Assembly (NCBI GenBank): GCA_051294375.1
Contig: CM119263.1
Location: 21,436,494-21,500,493, forward strand
Source: Paraspadella gotoi
Lineage: Eukaryota > Animalia > Chaetognatha
Reading direction: 5' to 3'
Length of the DNA stretch: 64,000 nt
Position numbers and translations under genes: made by a program
Part shown: piece after piece, positions 1 to 14,089 of the stretch
Layout of the letters: each line of letters starts with the position of its first letter
How positions within the stretch are numbered: the stretch's first letter is position 1
Notes under the pieces: generated by a model
What the model was told of the DNA's origin: nothing
What the model saw: the letters and a program-made list of their open reading frames with translations, nothing else
Database searches by the model: none

Positions 1-1393
1 ATCGCGAACCAAAGAACCACTGATCTCAGTCTCAGACTCAACCGTCACTCTCCCCCTCTGAAAATGGAAAAGAATCAAAAACAATAAAACCTGTGAAGAT
101 CATGTGTCTTAACAAACTCCGATATTTCATTTTAATTCTTTTAACACGACATTTACGTCATTCGAGATTTAAAAAACCTTGCTCCATGTTAAAGCCAGTT
201 CAACCTACGGCCGACGAATCAAACGCGCTACCCTCAAGGCATATAAAATAATAAACATTTTCTACATAAACATTTTCTCTAGCGTGTTTAATTACCTCGA
301 TTTTTCGTTCATAACTTCGTTCATCGATTCGTACATCATTTTTCTACATTTATTCTACATTTATTCTACTTTTATTCTACATTTATTCTTGATTTCTTCG
401 TGATTTATTTTATATTCGAGATTTTACATTCTCAGTAGCTTTACAGCTCTCTCCAGGTTAAAGAATTGCATCCCCTACGAGCCTTCGGTGGAAATCTCTC
501 GAAACCCCGAGAGTTGAAGCAAAGGATTCGACAGACGTTTTTCGGGTTACAAGATTGTAAAAATGGATAAAAATAGATAAAAATGGATTTGTATGCAGAT
601 TGTAGACTCCGTGTCAATCCTTTCCTTTTTTCATTTAAACATTGAGCAATAATAGTAATTATTAAAAATTGAAATAGAATAACGACGCCTTATCGGAATA
701 AAGGGCGCTTCGTTTCCGACTCATCATCGAAATTTCCCACCAAAAAAAAAAAGAAATTTAAATTAGAGATCAAGTTACAAATTGGAGACGACGTTTCATC
801 GGGATGAGGCTTCGAGTCTCCGGTCAAGCGGAACTAATGAAGAAAAAGAAAAAGTTCGTGTGTCTGCGGCGAAGCGCTTGATTCTCCTGGGCGGTTGACG
901 GGAAATTGGAGATAAAAATTGTAAATCGTCCATAGAAATACGATAAAAATTCATAGAAAAGAAAGTGTTTTTCTTTAAATTTACGATAAGTTTATTAAAT
1001 TTAAAGAATACCAGAAGAAAATGAACAATTGAAAAATTATTGCCTTGGCATTTCGTATCTTTTTTTATAAGGGTAAAAGATAATCCTTAAATAAATAAAA
1101 AGATATTTCTGCGAATTTTTCACGAGAATTCAGTGACTTGTCGTTGTTGTCGTACATCGAGTGACCAACTGACCATCGCGCGCGAATGACGAATTTCGGC
1201 GACGAATCCAAATGTCATCGGAATTCGATTCAATCGACAGAAATTTAGGTCACAAACGCGGAAAGACTTTTTCAATTTGGAAGCTGAGTAATAAATTATC
1301 ACTGAACTTAAAAATAGCTTTACATACGTACAAGTCGACAAAAAAAAGAGAGAGAGAGAGAAGAGAGAGAGAAGAAGAGTGAGAGAGAGAGAC

Positions 1394-1456
<63 letters not shown>

Positions 1457-1903
1457 CTTATTAATTACACTCCAAATTAAAAAAAAGAGCGAGAGATAGA
1501 GAGCCTTACCCAGAAAAAAGGGATCGTCGAGAGCGAAATCCTGCGGGAATCTCCGCGACTTAATCGATCGCCCCGGGGATGTCGAGGGGGGGGGAAAGAA
1601 AAAAGGGGGAGGAATTCTTCGCTTAAAAAGCCCCGAGGGCGGTCGCCGTGGGGCGGAGGGCGAGGGGAAGTGACGGGTTCTCGTCCCGACTTCCATGCCC
1701 TCGAACGAGGATCGCCTCAATTGACGCCCGCGGGGTTTCAAAAAGTCGCGTCGATAAAAACTTTCTTCTTTTGTAATGAGAAAACCACGAAGTCATTTTT
1801 TATTCTTTAGAGGAAAGACACAAACGGGACATACGACGCGTTCTGTTACACGAGAGGAGAGAGAAGAGAGAGAGAGGAGAGAGAGAGAGAGAGAAGGAGA
1901 GAG

Positions 1904-1935
<32 letters not shown>

Positions 1936-3430
1936 GGAGATTCATAATTTTTATATAATTATACAAGAAAGAAGATCCTTGTATTTATAGAGCATCGACA
2001 TCGAAGAGGTTGGGCCCAGCCCAGCGGTATTTTAAATTAATAAAGTTTTCCTTATTTTCATTTTTTTCCCGTTTATTGATTTAGTGTTTTTCATTTCCAT
2101 GTTCAGGAGGTCGTTGTGAAGACTTATATTTTATTATACTCCGACCGAATAGCAAATGCAGTCAATGAACTCAGAAAACATGAAAAAAACGGAGATAAAA
2201 GTCATAAAAAGACGGAAGAGAAATATGAATCATAGGAATAGATAAAAAAATATGAAAGAAAAAAAAAGAAGAAAGAAAGAAAGAAGAAAGAAAGGAAAGA
2301 AAAGAATGATAGAAGAAAGAAAAAAAAAGGAAGAAAGATAGAAAAAAGAAGAAAGAAAAAATAAAGAAAGTAAGAAACTAAAAAGAAGGAAGAAAAAAAA
2401 TAAAATCAAAACAGAAAGACAGAGAGAATAAAAAGAAAAAGAAAAAGGGTTAAATGTGGCAGCCATGGGTTTTTTATGACTCATGAAGCGGAACCCGAAG
2501 CCAAAAAAAGACGGAAACTTCAAGACAAGAAGCTTTTTTTTTGGTTTTTTATAAAAACGGATGATGAAGGGGAGTGGGCAAATCGGAAGGAGCGAAAGAA
2601 AGAGATGGTGGATTTTTTTGTGGAGTAGGAGCAGGTTCTGGTTTAAATTATGAAATTAATTCGGAATTGTTAATAAGAACAAGAAAACTAAACTTGGCCT
2701 GTTGAAGAAAAAGAAAGAAAGAAAAGATAGAGAAAGAAATGAAGAAAAATGATAGAAGAAAAGAAGAGAAAGAAAAAAAAAAGAAAGAAAAGAAAGATAA
2801 AGAAAAAGAAAGAAAAGAAGAAAGAAAGGAGAAGAAAGAAAGAAGGAAACAAAAAATTGAGCAAAAAAAACCACATGCCGGATCTGCCCGGACGATTAAT
2901 TTATTGTAAGCAGCGTGATCAGATAATAATTAGATTAATTATATATTATTATTTTTGCTGTCAAAATTAGTTTTCCACTTGTCCTTGCCTCTCAATCACA
3001 AACAACAATCTAGATGCACAAAATTCATTAACTACAAGTAATGAATAATTTATTAGAATATAATTTTATTAATAATTAATTAATACAGTTTAAATTTACA
3101 TTTAATATAAAAATATAAAAAAGCATAAAATAAAATAGTGAAATAGATGGATGTTATAATCGATGAGGAAGGAACTCAAAGCGATGGTATCTTTGAAAGA
3201 AACACCGTAATTTTTATTGAAAAAGTTGAGAACGAGGTGTGGAACTTTTGATACTGTGGGCGGGAAGTATTTGTGTGATGGGTCTATTCATTTATGGCCT
3301 TCAAAGCGCGTGAAACTTTTTTGTTACAATTCAATGTTCTTCCATTTTTTACCCTAAACAAATTTTTGCGTGTCTGCCGTTATGAAACATTCTCTCTCTA
3401 CTTCTCTGCTCTCTATCTCTCTATCTCTCT

Positions 3431-3467
<37 letters not shown>

Positions 3468-6400
3468 ATACCCCCACATGAAAACCATCAATCAAAAACT
3501 CTCCCTCTCTCGCCCAGATAAAAAAGACCTCAAAAACTGTGAAATTATAAAAATGTGTTGATCTAGATTTGTGTGAGTTTCAAACCAGTTTATTTGGATG
3601 CAAAATCTCCGCGTCGCCTATAATTTCTTCGTCCTTCCCCTCAAAGGTTTCCAGGTCAAATCTTTCTTCTCTTTCCCCGATCTGTTAGGCGTTTCGGCGT
3701 AAGAAAAAATCCAAAGTTCACTTTTTTCTTAATTTCCTTTTTTCTGCTCTGTTATTTTTTTAATAAATGTGCGTAAACGTGTACAAATAATTATTTCTCG
3801 TGTCCCCTTTTACGTGAAAAGGGAGACGGTGGTTTCTGGTACTGAATATTTTAAAGTTAAAGTTTGAAAATAACGAAAACATAAATTTTTCTTTAATATT
3901 CTTTTTTATTCAATCTCTCTCTTNNNNNNNNNNNNNNNNNNNNNNNNNAATTCTTCGCATTTAAAAGCCCCGAGGGCGGTCGCCGTGGGGGCGGAGGGCG
4001 AGGGGAAGTGACGGGTCTCGTCCCGACTTCCATGCCCTCGAACGAGGATCGCCTCAATGACGCCNNNNNNNNNNNNNNNNNNNNNNNNNAAACACTTGTA
4101 AAAAACGCACGATTCCGAGAGTGTTACATCTGAAGAGTTGTCCTATTCGTTTTATGGCATTTGATAAAGGATTTAATATCAAACAAGCAGGAAATGCACT
4201 ACTCATCTTCCGAGAATTTCAAACCTCATTTTTACTATAGAAATGAAAGGGAAAGTTATACAAACTTAAAATTGGCAAACGGGTAAAACTGCTATATGTT
4301 CCTGTTACATGAGCGACTTCGACTTTGCGGATTCTGATAGCTTGTATCCGAAGAGCTTGTCCCTATTTTTCTTTTTTCTATTTTATAATGAATTTTGACA
4401 TAAAATAATTCCTCCATAAATTTTTTAATTTGTCAGAACGTTTTTCTCTTTTTTTTCCATATTTTTTTGACACGCTAAACGTTTCTGTGATTACTCAAAA
4501 TTTCATGAAAAAAAATAAAAAATTAATAGTACCAATAGTTAGTGTTATGTCTCGATAGATGAAAAAAAACCTCGTTTAAAAATTCGATCGGGAGTGGGGT
4601 AACTAAGGCTTACCAATGGCATCCTCCACCGCCAATCGTCTCTCAATTAATTTTTTTTTATTTAAATACATTTTGGAAAGGGAAAAAAAAGAAAATTCAG
4701 AATTGCAGGTTGCAGAAAGGGTACAGATATTATGGACATACTGACATGATAATCATGACCTTTTATGTCTGTGAAAGGGGGGCCAGTAAAGAACCTAAAA
4801 AATTCGATCATTAAGTCAGTCAATGATCCCTTTCCAATGGCTATTCCCGCGAAATTTTTTTTCTTAATTTAAACGGATGATAAGTAATAGAATTAAATCT
4901 TGTATAAAGCGTTGTTATATTTTAAAAAAATTATCAATACAAATAAACACAATGATGTCTTGCTTGTCAAATATGTCACCAGCTATGTAATTTTTTAAAA
5001 TTTTATTATGATAAACAAGCAGCGTGTTCAAGCTTTTGTTTGCAGTTGAAGAAATGGAAAATGACATTTTTTTTTCACGGACAGAAGGTAGATGTCCAGA
5101 ATCTTTATATCAATCTGAAAATATTTGTTGTATTTATCATTTTCATATTTAAAAAAACTTTCATCCAGCTACTTCATAAATTTTTGCTTGTTTTTTACTT
5201 TAACTAAAAAATTACAAGCAAATTTATTAAAGTAGAGCAAATTTAATGATAATTCAAAATGTAATTTAGTCTTTCCTTTTTCAATTACGAAAGAAGCAAA
5301 AAATTTCACAAGCCTTCATTGAAATTTTTAATGTCAAAAAACTGTTATACTTTTAAACTCCGATTTAAATAAAAGCTGTGTAAAGATTTATGGATAAAAT
5401 TTAATAAAACTATTTCCGAGAGGTGTCCATGATTAGGGCTTTAATTTAATACCTCACCCACTTTCCCTACCTCTTTTCTTTCCAAAAGTTATTCAAGAAA
5501 ATAACTTTTTTTACCGTGAGAGAAACTAAGGATTTTGAACTACGCAGTACAAATCTTGCTTAAATAAAAAATTTCGGCAAAGCGGGAGTTATCTCAATTA
5601 TCCATTGTACAATACCAAATTTTCCGTCCTCTAGAGACATATCACTTTCAGGTTTACCTATCGTCTTAACACATTTAAGGATTATGCTGGAAGAAATCAG
5701 CAAAAACGTTTTCTCTTATTTTTTAATAGTTTGTACTAGCGCGTCAGAAATCTAAGAAGAAACTCGAAAATTTTATTCTGACAAATTATGCCTTTTCAAG
5801 CTTGAACGTTTATGACTATATCTCGGGAAACCATTGTAGGGAATTTAAAAACGCGTTTTTTTGCAAGTGACATTGATATTCATCCTCCATTGGACCGGCC
5901 ATAAAAAATATAAAAAAAAAAAAAACTAATTATTGGCTCTCGAGTGAGGTATCTACATAAAATGATCAGGTTTTAAATGAAAATAGTCCGGTTTGAATCG
6001 CGAAAATTTTATTAAAAAGAAATTAAAAGGAAGGTTGAGAAAAAAACTGATTTCCTATATCTTTTGAAGGAATAAAGATAAAGAGATGTAATATACGAAA
6101 ATGAAGCCATAATCATAGGGCACATACAAGATACAATTTTAGAATTACTTATGCTGAAAACCTCCTTACAGGGTGAGTGTCAAACTAAGTCAAAAATTAT
6201 AATGAATTTTAAAACTAATGACACCCCATAAGAATAAATGAAAATTTAATTCTTTTTAATGATTCTGAAGAAAAAAGGCTAAATTGTACTCTAGTAAAAC
6301 TTTAAAGTTTTGGATAAAGAAAATGTGAATTTTTGTCACTTTAAATATTTGCTTGTCTGATTTTACAAAGCATGCTTACAAAATTCTACAAAATATTATT

Positions 6401-8553
6401 TCAACCCCATCACACGCCTAAGTATTTATCCTTATTTTTCCACCAGCCAAAAGTAAACATTATTTTATGCTAGAGAACAGGGATGTTTACTGAAATGAGC
6501 CGAAGACATTCAACTTCTTCACTTTACTGTCATTTTTCAATAATAAAATAGGGCGAATTTTTAAAATTATTTAACTCTCACAGGCTTCACAAGACATTAT
6601 ACTTTCATAAATCCCATGTTAATGTAATTATTATATTTTACCCAGAAATCATATAATAACAGAAAGTTGTGGATTCCCTTCGCTCGTTTAAGAAAAAAAA
6701 AAATTAACTAGCGGAATTATAATTTGTAAGAGGAAGTCAGAATCGGCGAAATCTAAAAGGCGAGAATGTGAAAAAAAGGGGTGAATTTTGATGGGTTTCC
6801 TAGATTTCTCCACAATGTGAGGTCCGAATATAAAGCGAAACTTGAGATTTACATTATTCCCGTCATTCTACATCTATCGATATAAAAATATAAGAAAAAG
6901 TTACTGGCTTCTTTTTCTATAGCGGCTTTCCTATCATTAGTTATAATGTTGTTCGTTCCTCGCTTTTAGAATTTAATTAAAATTACATTTAGAAATTTAC
7001 TACGCCTTAATGGGGACAATGAAATACTTCGTCGCCAAAAATTAAAAGGAGAGTACTGTTTGCAAGAGAATAAATAAAGTAAATAGTTAACCTACAGAAA
7101 TGTTTGGTTGTAACCTTTCCGAATTTCTTGATTAGAAGCTGCTGCCTCTTATGTGATTCTTTTCAGACAGCATACAACGGTCAAGATGTCACGCTTCTCC
7201 CTTCCCGATCCCTTCGGCCCAAACAGGATGCAACCAAGAACCACTGATCTCAGTTCTCAGACTCAACCGTCACTCCCCCTCTGAAATTGGGAAAAAGAAT
7301 CAAAACAAGAAAACCTGTGAAGATCATGTTGTCTTAACAAACTCAGAATATTTCATTTAATTTCTTTTTACACGACCATTTACGCATTCGAGATTTAAAA
7401 AACCTTGCTCCATGTTAAAGCCAGTTCAACCTACGGCCGACAATCAAACGCGCTTACCCTCAAGCATATAAAATAATAAACATTTTCTACATAAACATTT
7501 CTCTAGTGTGTTTAATTACCTCGATTTTTCGTTCATAACTTCGTTCATCGATTCGTACATCATTTTTCTACATTTTTCTACATTTATTCTACTTGTTATT
7601 CTACATTTATTCTTGATTTTCTTCGTGATTATTTTATATTCGAGATTTTACATTCTCAGTAGCTTTTACAGCTCTCTCCAGGTTAAAGAATTGCATCCCC
7701 CTCGAGCCTTCGGTCCGAAATCTCCCGAAACCCCGAGAGTTGAAGCAAGGATTCGACAGACGTTTTTCGGGTTACAAGATTGTAAAAATGGATACAAATA
7801 GATAAAATGGATTTGTATGCAGATTGTAGACTCCGTGTCAATCCTTTCCTTTTTTCATTAAACATTGAGCAATAATAGTTAATTATTAAAAATTGAAAAT
7901 AGAATAACGACGCTTATCGGAATAAAGGCGCTTCGTTTCCGACTTCATCATCGAAATTTCCCACCAAAAAAAAAGGAATTTAAATTAGAGATCAAGTTAC
8001 CAAATTGGAGACGACGTTTCATCGGCGATGGGCTTCGAGTCTCCGGTCAAGCGGAACTAATGAAGAAAAAGAAAAAGTTCGTGTGTCTGCGGCGGAAGTG
8101 CCTTGATCTCCTGGGCGGTTGACGGGAAAATTGGAGATAAAAATTGTAAATCCCATAGAAATACGATAAAAATTCATAGAAAAGAAAGTGTTTTTCTTAA
8201 TTTACGGATAGTTTTATTATTTAAAGAATACCAGAAGAAAATGAACAATTGTAAAAATTATTCCTTGGCATTTGTATCTTTTTTATAAGGGTAAAAGATA
8301 ATCCTTAATAAATAAAAGATATTTCTGCGAATTTTTCACGAGAATTCAGTGACTTGTCGTTGTTGTCGTACATCGAGTGACCAACTGACCATCGCGCGCG
8401 AATGACGAATTTCGGGACGAATCCAAATGTCATCGGAATTCGATCAATCGACAGAAATTTTAGGTCACAAACGGGAAAGACTTTTTCAATTTGGAAGCTG
8501 AGTAATAAATTATCACTGACTTAAAAAATAGCTTTACATACGTACAAGACGAC

Positions 8554-8585
<32 letters not shown>

Positions 8586-9086
8586 AGATAGAGTGAGAGA
8601 GAGGAGAGAGAGAGAGAGAGAGAAGAGAGAGAGACGAGAGAGAGAGAGAAGAAGAGAGAGAGAGAGACTTATTAATTACACTCCCAAATTAAAAAAAAAG
8701 AGGAGAGATAGAGAGCCTTACCCAGAAAAAGGGATCGTCGAGAGCGAAATCCTGCGGGAATCTCCGCCGACTTAATCGATCGCCCCGGGGATGTCGAGGG
8801 GGGGGGAAAGAAAAAGGGGGAGGAATTCTTCGCTTAAAAGCCCCGAGGGCGGTCGCCGTGGGGGGCGGAGGGCGAGGGGAAGTGACGGGTCTCGTCCCGA
8901 CTTCCATGCCCTCGAACGAGGATCGCCTCAATGACGCCCGCGGGTTTCAAAAAGTCGCGCCGATAAAAACCTTTTTCTTTTTTAATTGAGAAACACGAAG
9001 TCATTTTTTATTCTTTTAGAGGAAAGACACAAACGGGACATACGACGCGTTCTGTTACACGGGAAGAAGGAAGGAAAGGGAGAGAG

Positions 9087-9131
<45 letters not shown>

Positions 9132-9487
9132 GAGAGGAGAGAAGAGAGAGAGAGAGATTCATTAATTTTTTTAATTATTACAAGAAAGAAGATTCCTTGT
9201 ATTTAATAGAGCATCGACATCGAAGAGTTGGGCCCCAGCCCAGGGTATTTAAATTTAATAAAGTTTTCCTTTATTTCATTTTTTTCCCGTTTTATTGATT
9301 TAGTGTTTTTCATTTCCATGTTCAGGAGGTCGTTGTGAAGACTTATATTTATATATACTCCGACCGAAATAGCAAATGCAGTCAATGAACTCAGAAAAGA
9401 TGAAAAAAACGGAGATAAAAGTCATAAAAAAGACGGAAGAGAAATATGAATCATAGGAATAGATAAAAAAAATATGAAAGAAAAAAA

Positions 9488-9559
<72 letters not shown>

Positions 9560-9969
9560 AGAAAAGAATGATAGAAAGAAAGAAAGAAAGAAAAAAGTAA
9601 GAAAGATAGAAAAAAGAAAGAAAGAAAAAAATAAAGAAAGAAAGAAACTAAGAAAGAAGGAAGAAAAAAATAAAATCAAAACAGAAAGACAGAGAGAATA
9701 AAAAGAAAAAGAAAAAGGGTTAAATGTGGCAGCCATGGGTTTTTTATGACTCATGAAGCGGAACCCGAAGCCAAAAAAAAGAGGAAACTTCAAGACAACG
9801 AAGCTTTTTTTTGGTTTTTATTAAAAACGGATGATGAAGGGGAGTGGGCAAATCGGAGGAGCGAAAGAAGAGCTTGGTGGATTTATTTTGTGGAGTAGGA
9901 GCAGGTTCTGGTTTAATGAAATTATTCGGAATTGTTAAAAAGAACAAGAAACTAAACTTTGGCCTGTTG

Positions 9970-10021
9970 AAGAAAGAAAGAAAGAAAGAAAGAAAAAAAG
10001 AAAGAAAGAAAGAATGAAAAA

Positions 10022-10105
<84 letters not shown>
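9970..10105 (+). repeat. (AAAG)n microsatellite (another at ~9488-9560)
   Basis: Read directly from the sequence. Confidence 0.95.
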
Positions 10106-10131
10106 AGGAAAACAAACAAATTTGAGCAAAC

Positions 10132-10392
10132 AATGCCGGATCTGCCCACGATCATTATTGGTAAGCAGCTGATCAGATAATTAATTAATTAATTAATATT
10201 ATTATTTTTTGTGTCAAAATAGTTTTCCACTTTGTCTTGCCTCTCAATCACAAACAACAATCTAGATCACAAAATTAATTAACTACAAGTAATGAATAAT
10301 TTATTAATTATATATTTATTATTAATTAATTAATACAGTTTAAATTTACATTTAATATAAAAATAAAAAAGCATAATAAAATAGTGAAATAG
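10132..10392 (+). repeat. Dispersed repeat related to the 5' part of the element at 14090 (duplicate copy at ~2875-3147)
   Basis: Shares atg.cggatctgcccacgatcatta and tttacatttaatat..aaaaaagcataa...tagtgaaa with 14092-14537. Confidence 0.6.
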
Positions 10393-10642
10393 ATTGGATG
10401 TTATAATCGATGAGAAGCAACTCAAAGCGATTGGTAACTTTGAAGAAAACAGTAATTTTTTTATGAAAAGTTGAGACAGGGTGTGGAACTTTGATACTGT
10501 GGGCGGGAAGTATTGTGTGATGGGTCTATTAATTTATGGCTTCAGGTGAATGAATCAATTTGAGGTGAAACTTTTTTGGCTACAATCAATTTCTTCCATT
10601 TTTTACCCTAAACAAATTTTTGCGTGTCTGCCGTTATGAAAA

Positions 10643-10740
<98 letters not shown>

Positions 10741-11271
10741 CCCCCACATGAAAACCATCAATCAAAAACTCTCGCCCAGAATAAAAAAAACCTCCTCAAA
10801 AACTGTGAAATTATAAAAATGTGTTGATCTAGATTTGTTGTGGTTTCAAACCAGTTATTTGGATGAAAATCTCCGCGGCCCTATAATTTCTTCGTCCTTC
10901 CCCTCAAAGGTTTCCAGGTCAAATCTTTCTTCTCTTTCCCGATTTAAGCGTCGGGCGAAGAAAAATCCATCACTTTTAATTTCCTTTTTTCTGCTCTGTT
11001 ATTTTTAATAAATGGGTTAAAAACGTGTACAAATAAATATTTCTCGTGTCCCCTTTTACGTGAAAAGGGAGACAGTGGTTTGGTACTGAAAATTTTAAAG
11101 TTGAGTTTGAAAATAACGAAACATAATTTTTTTTTAATATTTTTTTATTCAAAAAAAGGAGGGTAAAAATACTAAAAATAATTTTTTATTAGTTAAAAAA
11201 TACAATGAAATTTGATATGAGTAAGGGGCAACATTCCGGAAAATACAATGAACGTGCCGAAGAAAATAAAA

Positions 11272-11330
<59 letters not shown>

Positions 11331-11599
11331 TTCCTCCTCAACAAAAAAGTAGAGTAGGAAAAAAAAGAGACTAGATCTGATTTCTTATGGTGGCAAAAGG
11401 TCACAAAAAAATGGGTTAAAAACGGGGAAGATTTTGAGCCTCGTCCTGGAAGCACGAAAAATGAAGATTATTATTGTATTGCGAGTTGGGAATATTGGCG
11501 GAAGGGGGGGGGTAGGTAGTAATTGAAAACGAGAAGAGCACGAAGAAGTAAAGAATACACGAAGACGAAGCGATCTCGAGGGAGGACTATTTATTAAAG

Positions 11600-12430
11600 C
11601 CTAGTAAAAATTCTAAATTTAACTTTGATTAAAATTCTAAAAGTGAGGAACGAACCACATTATACTAATAAACATTTATGTATAAAATAATTTTATAATA
11701 AATTTTACAATTTACGCAGCAGGCCATATTTATACTAGTACTAATCCAATAAATGTTAAAATTTCAAAATAGTTTTTTGTAGGATTTTTTTTGCAGATTT
11801 GGATTCATCATGAAAAGTTGATATAAAGAAATATAACACTTTTTTAAAAATTCTTTCATTAAGTAGGTCAAATATCAGAAAAACCTATATTTTAATTAAA
11901 AATTAAAATTTTATATATTAAATAAAGTTTTTTTTATTTTTAAAAATGATTTATATTTTCTTATATCAACTTTTGACGAGGAATTTAAATCTGCAATCAA
12001 AATTAAGAAAAGCTTATTTTGAATTTTTTCGATTTTATAAGGATAGTACTATGTACTATATAGCTTACTGCGAAAATTGAAGAACATAAAATTAAGTTTT
12101 TTTACAAATTAATGTTCACTGATAGTTTGTTGTTCATAATTGACATTTAGAATTTATCTAACTTTGTATGTAACTTTCACTACGCTCTACTAGTTATTAA
12201 TGACTAAATTTTGATACAAATGAACAAACGAACGAACCAAACGAACGAACGAAAGAACGAACGAACGAACGAACGAACGAACGAACGAACGAACGAACGA
12301 ACGAACGAACGAACGAACGAACGTTTCCGGAAACTCGAATTCGGGATTTTTTGCACCTCTCCGTCTTTTCGTCGGAAAAAATAGAAACTACAAGAATAAT
12401 AATTGTTCCGGAAAAATACAAGTTAAAATC
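11600..12430. mobile_element. Probable non-autonomous DNA element with an internal imperfect inverted repeat and a (GAAC)n tract
   Basis: gcagatttggattcatcatgaaaagttgatataaagaaatataa (~11793-11836) is the imperfect reverse complement of ttatattttcttatatcaacttttgacgaggaatttaaatctgc (~11951-11994); (GAAC)n lies at 12222-12322. Confidence 0.4.
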
Positions 12431-13204
12431 AAATTCCTTAATAAATTTTATGATAAATCAATTGTACCAAGACTACGATGGTGACAGATTGTCTATCAAG
12501 CCTCTTAAATGATCTTTTTCAAAATTAAATACATAATAAGTTTTTCTTTTTCAATTTAAGTACTAAATTTTTTTTCCCGCTTCGTCCACAGCCGTGGAAA
12601 AGATTTGATTTAAGAGGAGCCCTCCGATTTAATCCGTCACCATGGGTGGGTGTGGGTGGGGCAGCGATGACTAGATTAGGATGGAGGAGCGACGAATGGA
12701 ATAGATTGAAGGAGCTAGTTTAGAGGAGCGGCACCATGACGGAACGAGCCTTCATGACGGCAGACCCGGCGGATTTATTTTCTCTCTCTCTGTCTATCTC
12801 TCTCTAAAAAAATGACCCGATCGAAACTACGCATATCGGACGGGAAACGAGGGTCGGAAAAAAGGAGGTCAAAAAAAGGGACCGAGGCGCGGGACAAAAA
12901 CAAATTAAAAGCGAAGCGAACACGAAAGGGCAGAAAAAGCCCGGGCGAGCAGAGAGCGTATTTCATAACGGCGCCTCTTTGGAAGTCCGGAAGACGCGAA
13001 GGTTGGGGGGGGAGAAAGAGAATTCGAGAATAAACGTCTCTCGCCTCTCTCTCTCTCTCTCTCTCTCTGCTCTCTCTCTCCTCTCTCTCTCTCTCTCAGC
13101 CTTTTCGTGAGGGATATTACGGTTCTTTTTACGAGATTCTCTTTTTTAATTAAGATTATCAGAAGTAGTTTTTATTAGTTTTTTGTCATGTTTATGATTT
13201 ATAA

Positions 13205-13293
<89 letters not shown>

Positions 13294-14089
13294 GAGAACC
13301 AAAAAACACATACATTGGCCTAAAACACGTTAGGTTTTTCGGAGATTCTGGTGGGCGTTCACAATGACGGCATATTTTTCATTATTAAGCTTTTTTCTTA
13401 ACAAATATCAATGTAAAATTTATTTTATTTATTAAGTATCTTTTTAAGTTTATAATTTACATAAATTTTTATCGCCGATAAGTTGTTTTGAATAATTTAA
13501 TCTTAGGCAGTGATTTCTATCGAGCAATTCAGCAAAAAAAAACACGTTTTGCAATATTGCTAAAATATTACCAACAAAATTGATTAAATTTGAACCCTAA
13601 GACAAAGTGGGTTGGACTGCGGATTAATTGAAGTCATCTGCTGCATTTTCTAATCAAGAATCAATATCATTTTTGCTACTTTTAATATAAAAAAATATAT
13701 CAATTTTTGCCCATTTTGACTTTTGTCTTGAGATTTGAACGCCAATATTGTTTGAGAAAAATTTTTACCCCGGATTCCAGATCCTTTTTATCTACTTTAC
13801 CTCTGAGTCGATTTATTTGCTGTTGGTCATCATCATTTTTACATTTTATTACAATTTATTAACAAAAAACTTCAAAATATCTAAAATTCTAGGCAAATAT
13901 TCTTTATCAACTGGGTTTCCAACACCAAAAAAACTAAGGCAAAAAATATTTTAGCTGAAAAAAAATTTTTAAGCTAATTTTTGTGAGGAGCATTTTGTCT
14001 AAACTAAAACTCGTTTTTCAACTAATTTTATAGTTTTATAAGATGAAAAACTTACTAATGTTCAATATTTAAAAACAAGTTTTAGCAAA

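Larger units (their letters stand above)
1..11152 (+). repeat. Direct duplication: 1-3912 ~ 7228-11152 (plus a third fragment at 3949-4064)
   Basis: Colinear similarity over ~3.9 kb; differences are mostly 1-nt indels and microsatellite length changes. Confidence 0.95.

Noticed and set aside
4090-7150. Microsatellite-free block with tacagggtg (Tc1/mariner-like terminus word at ~6166)
   Set aside because: No partner TIR or transposase motif was found; probably decayed DNA-element debris that cannot be classified.
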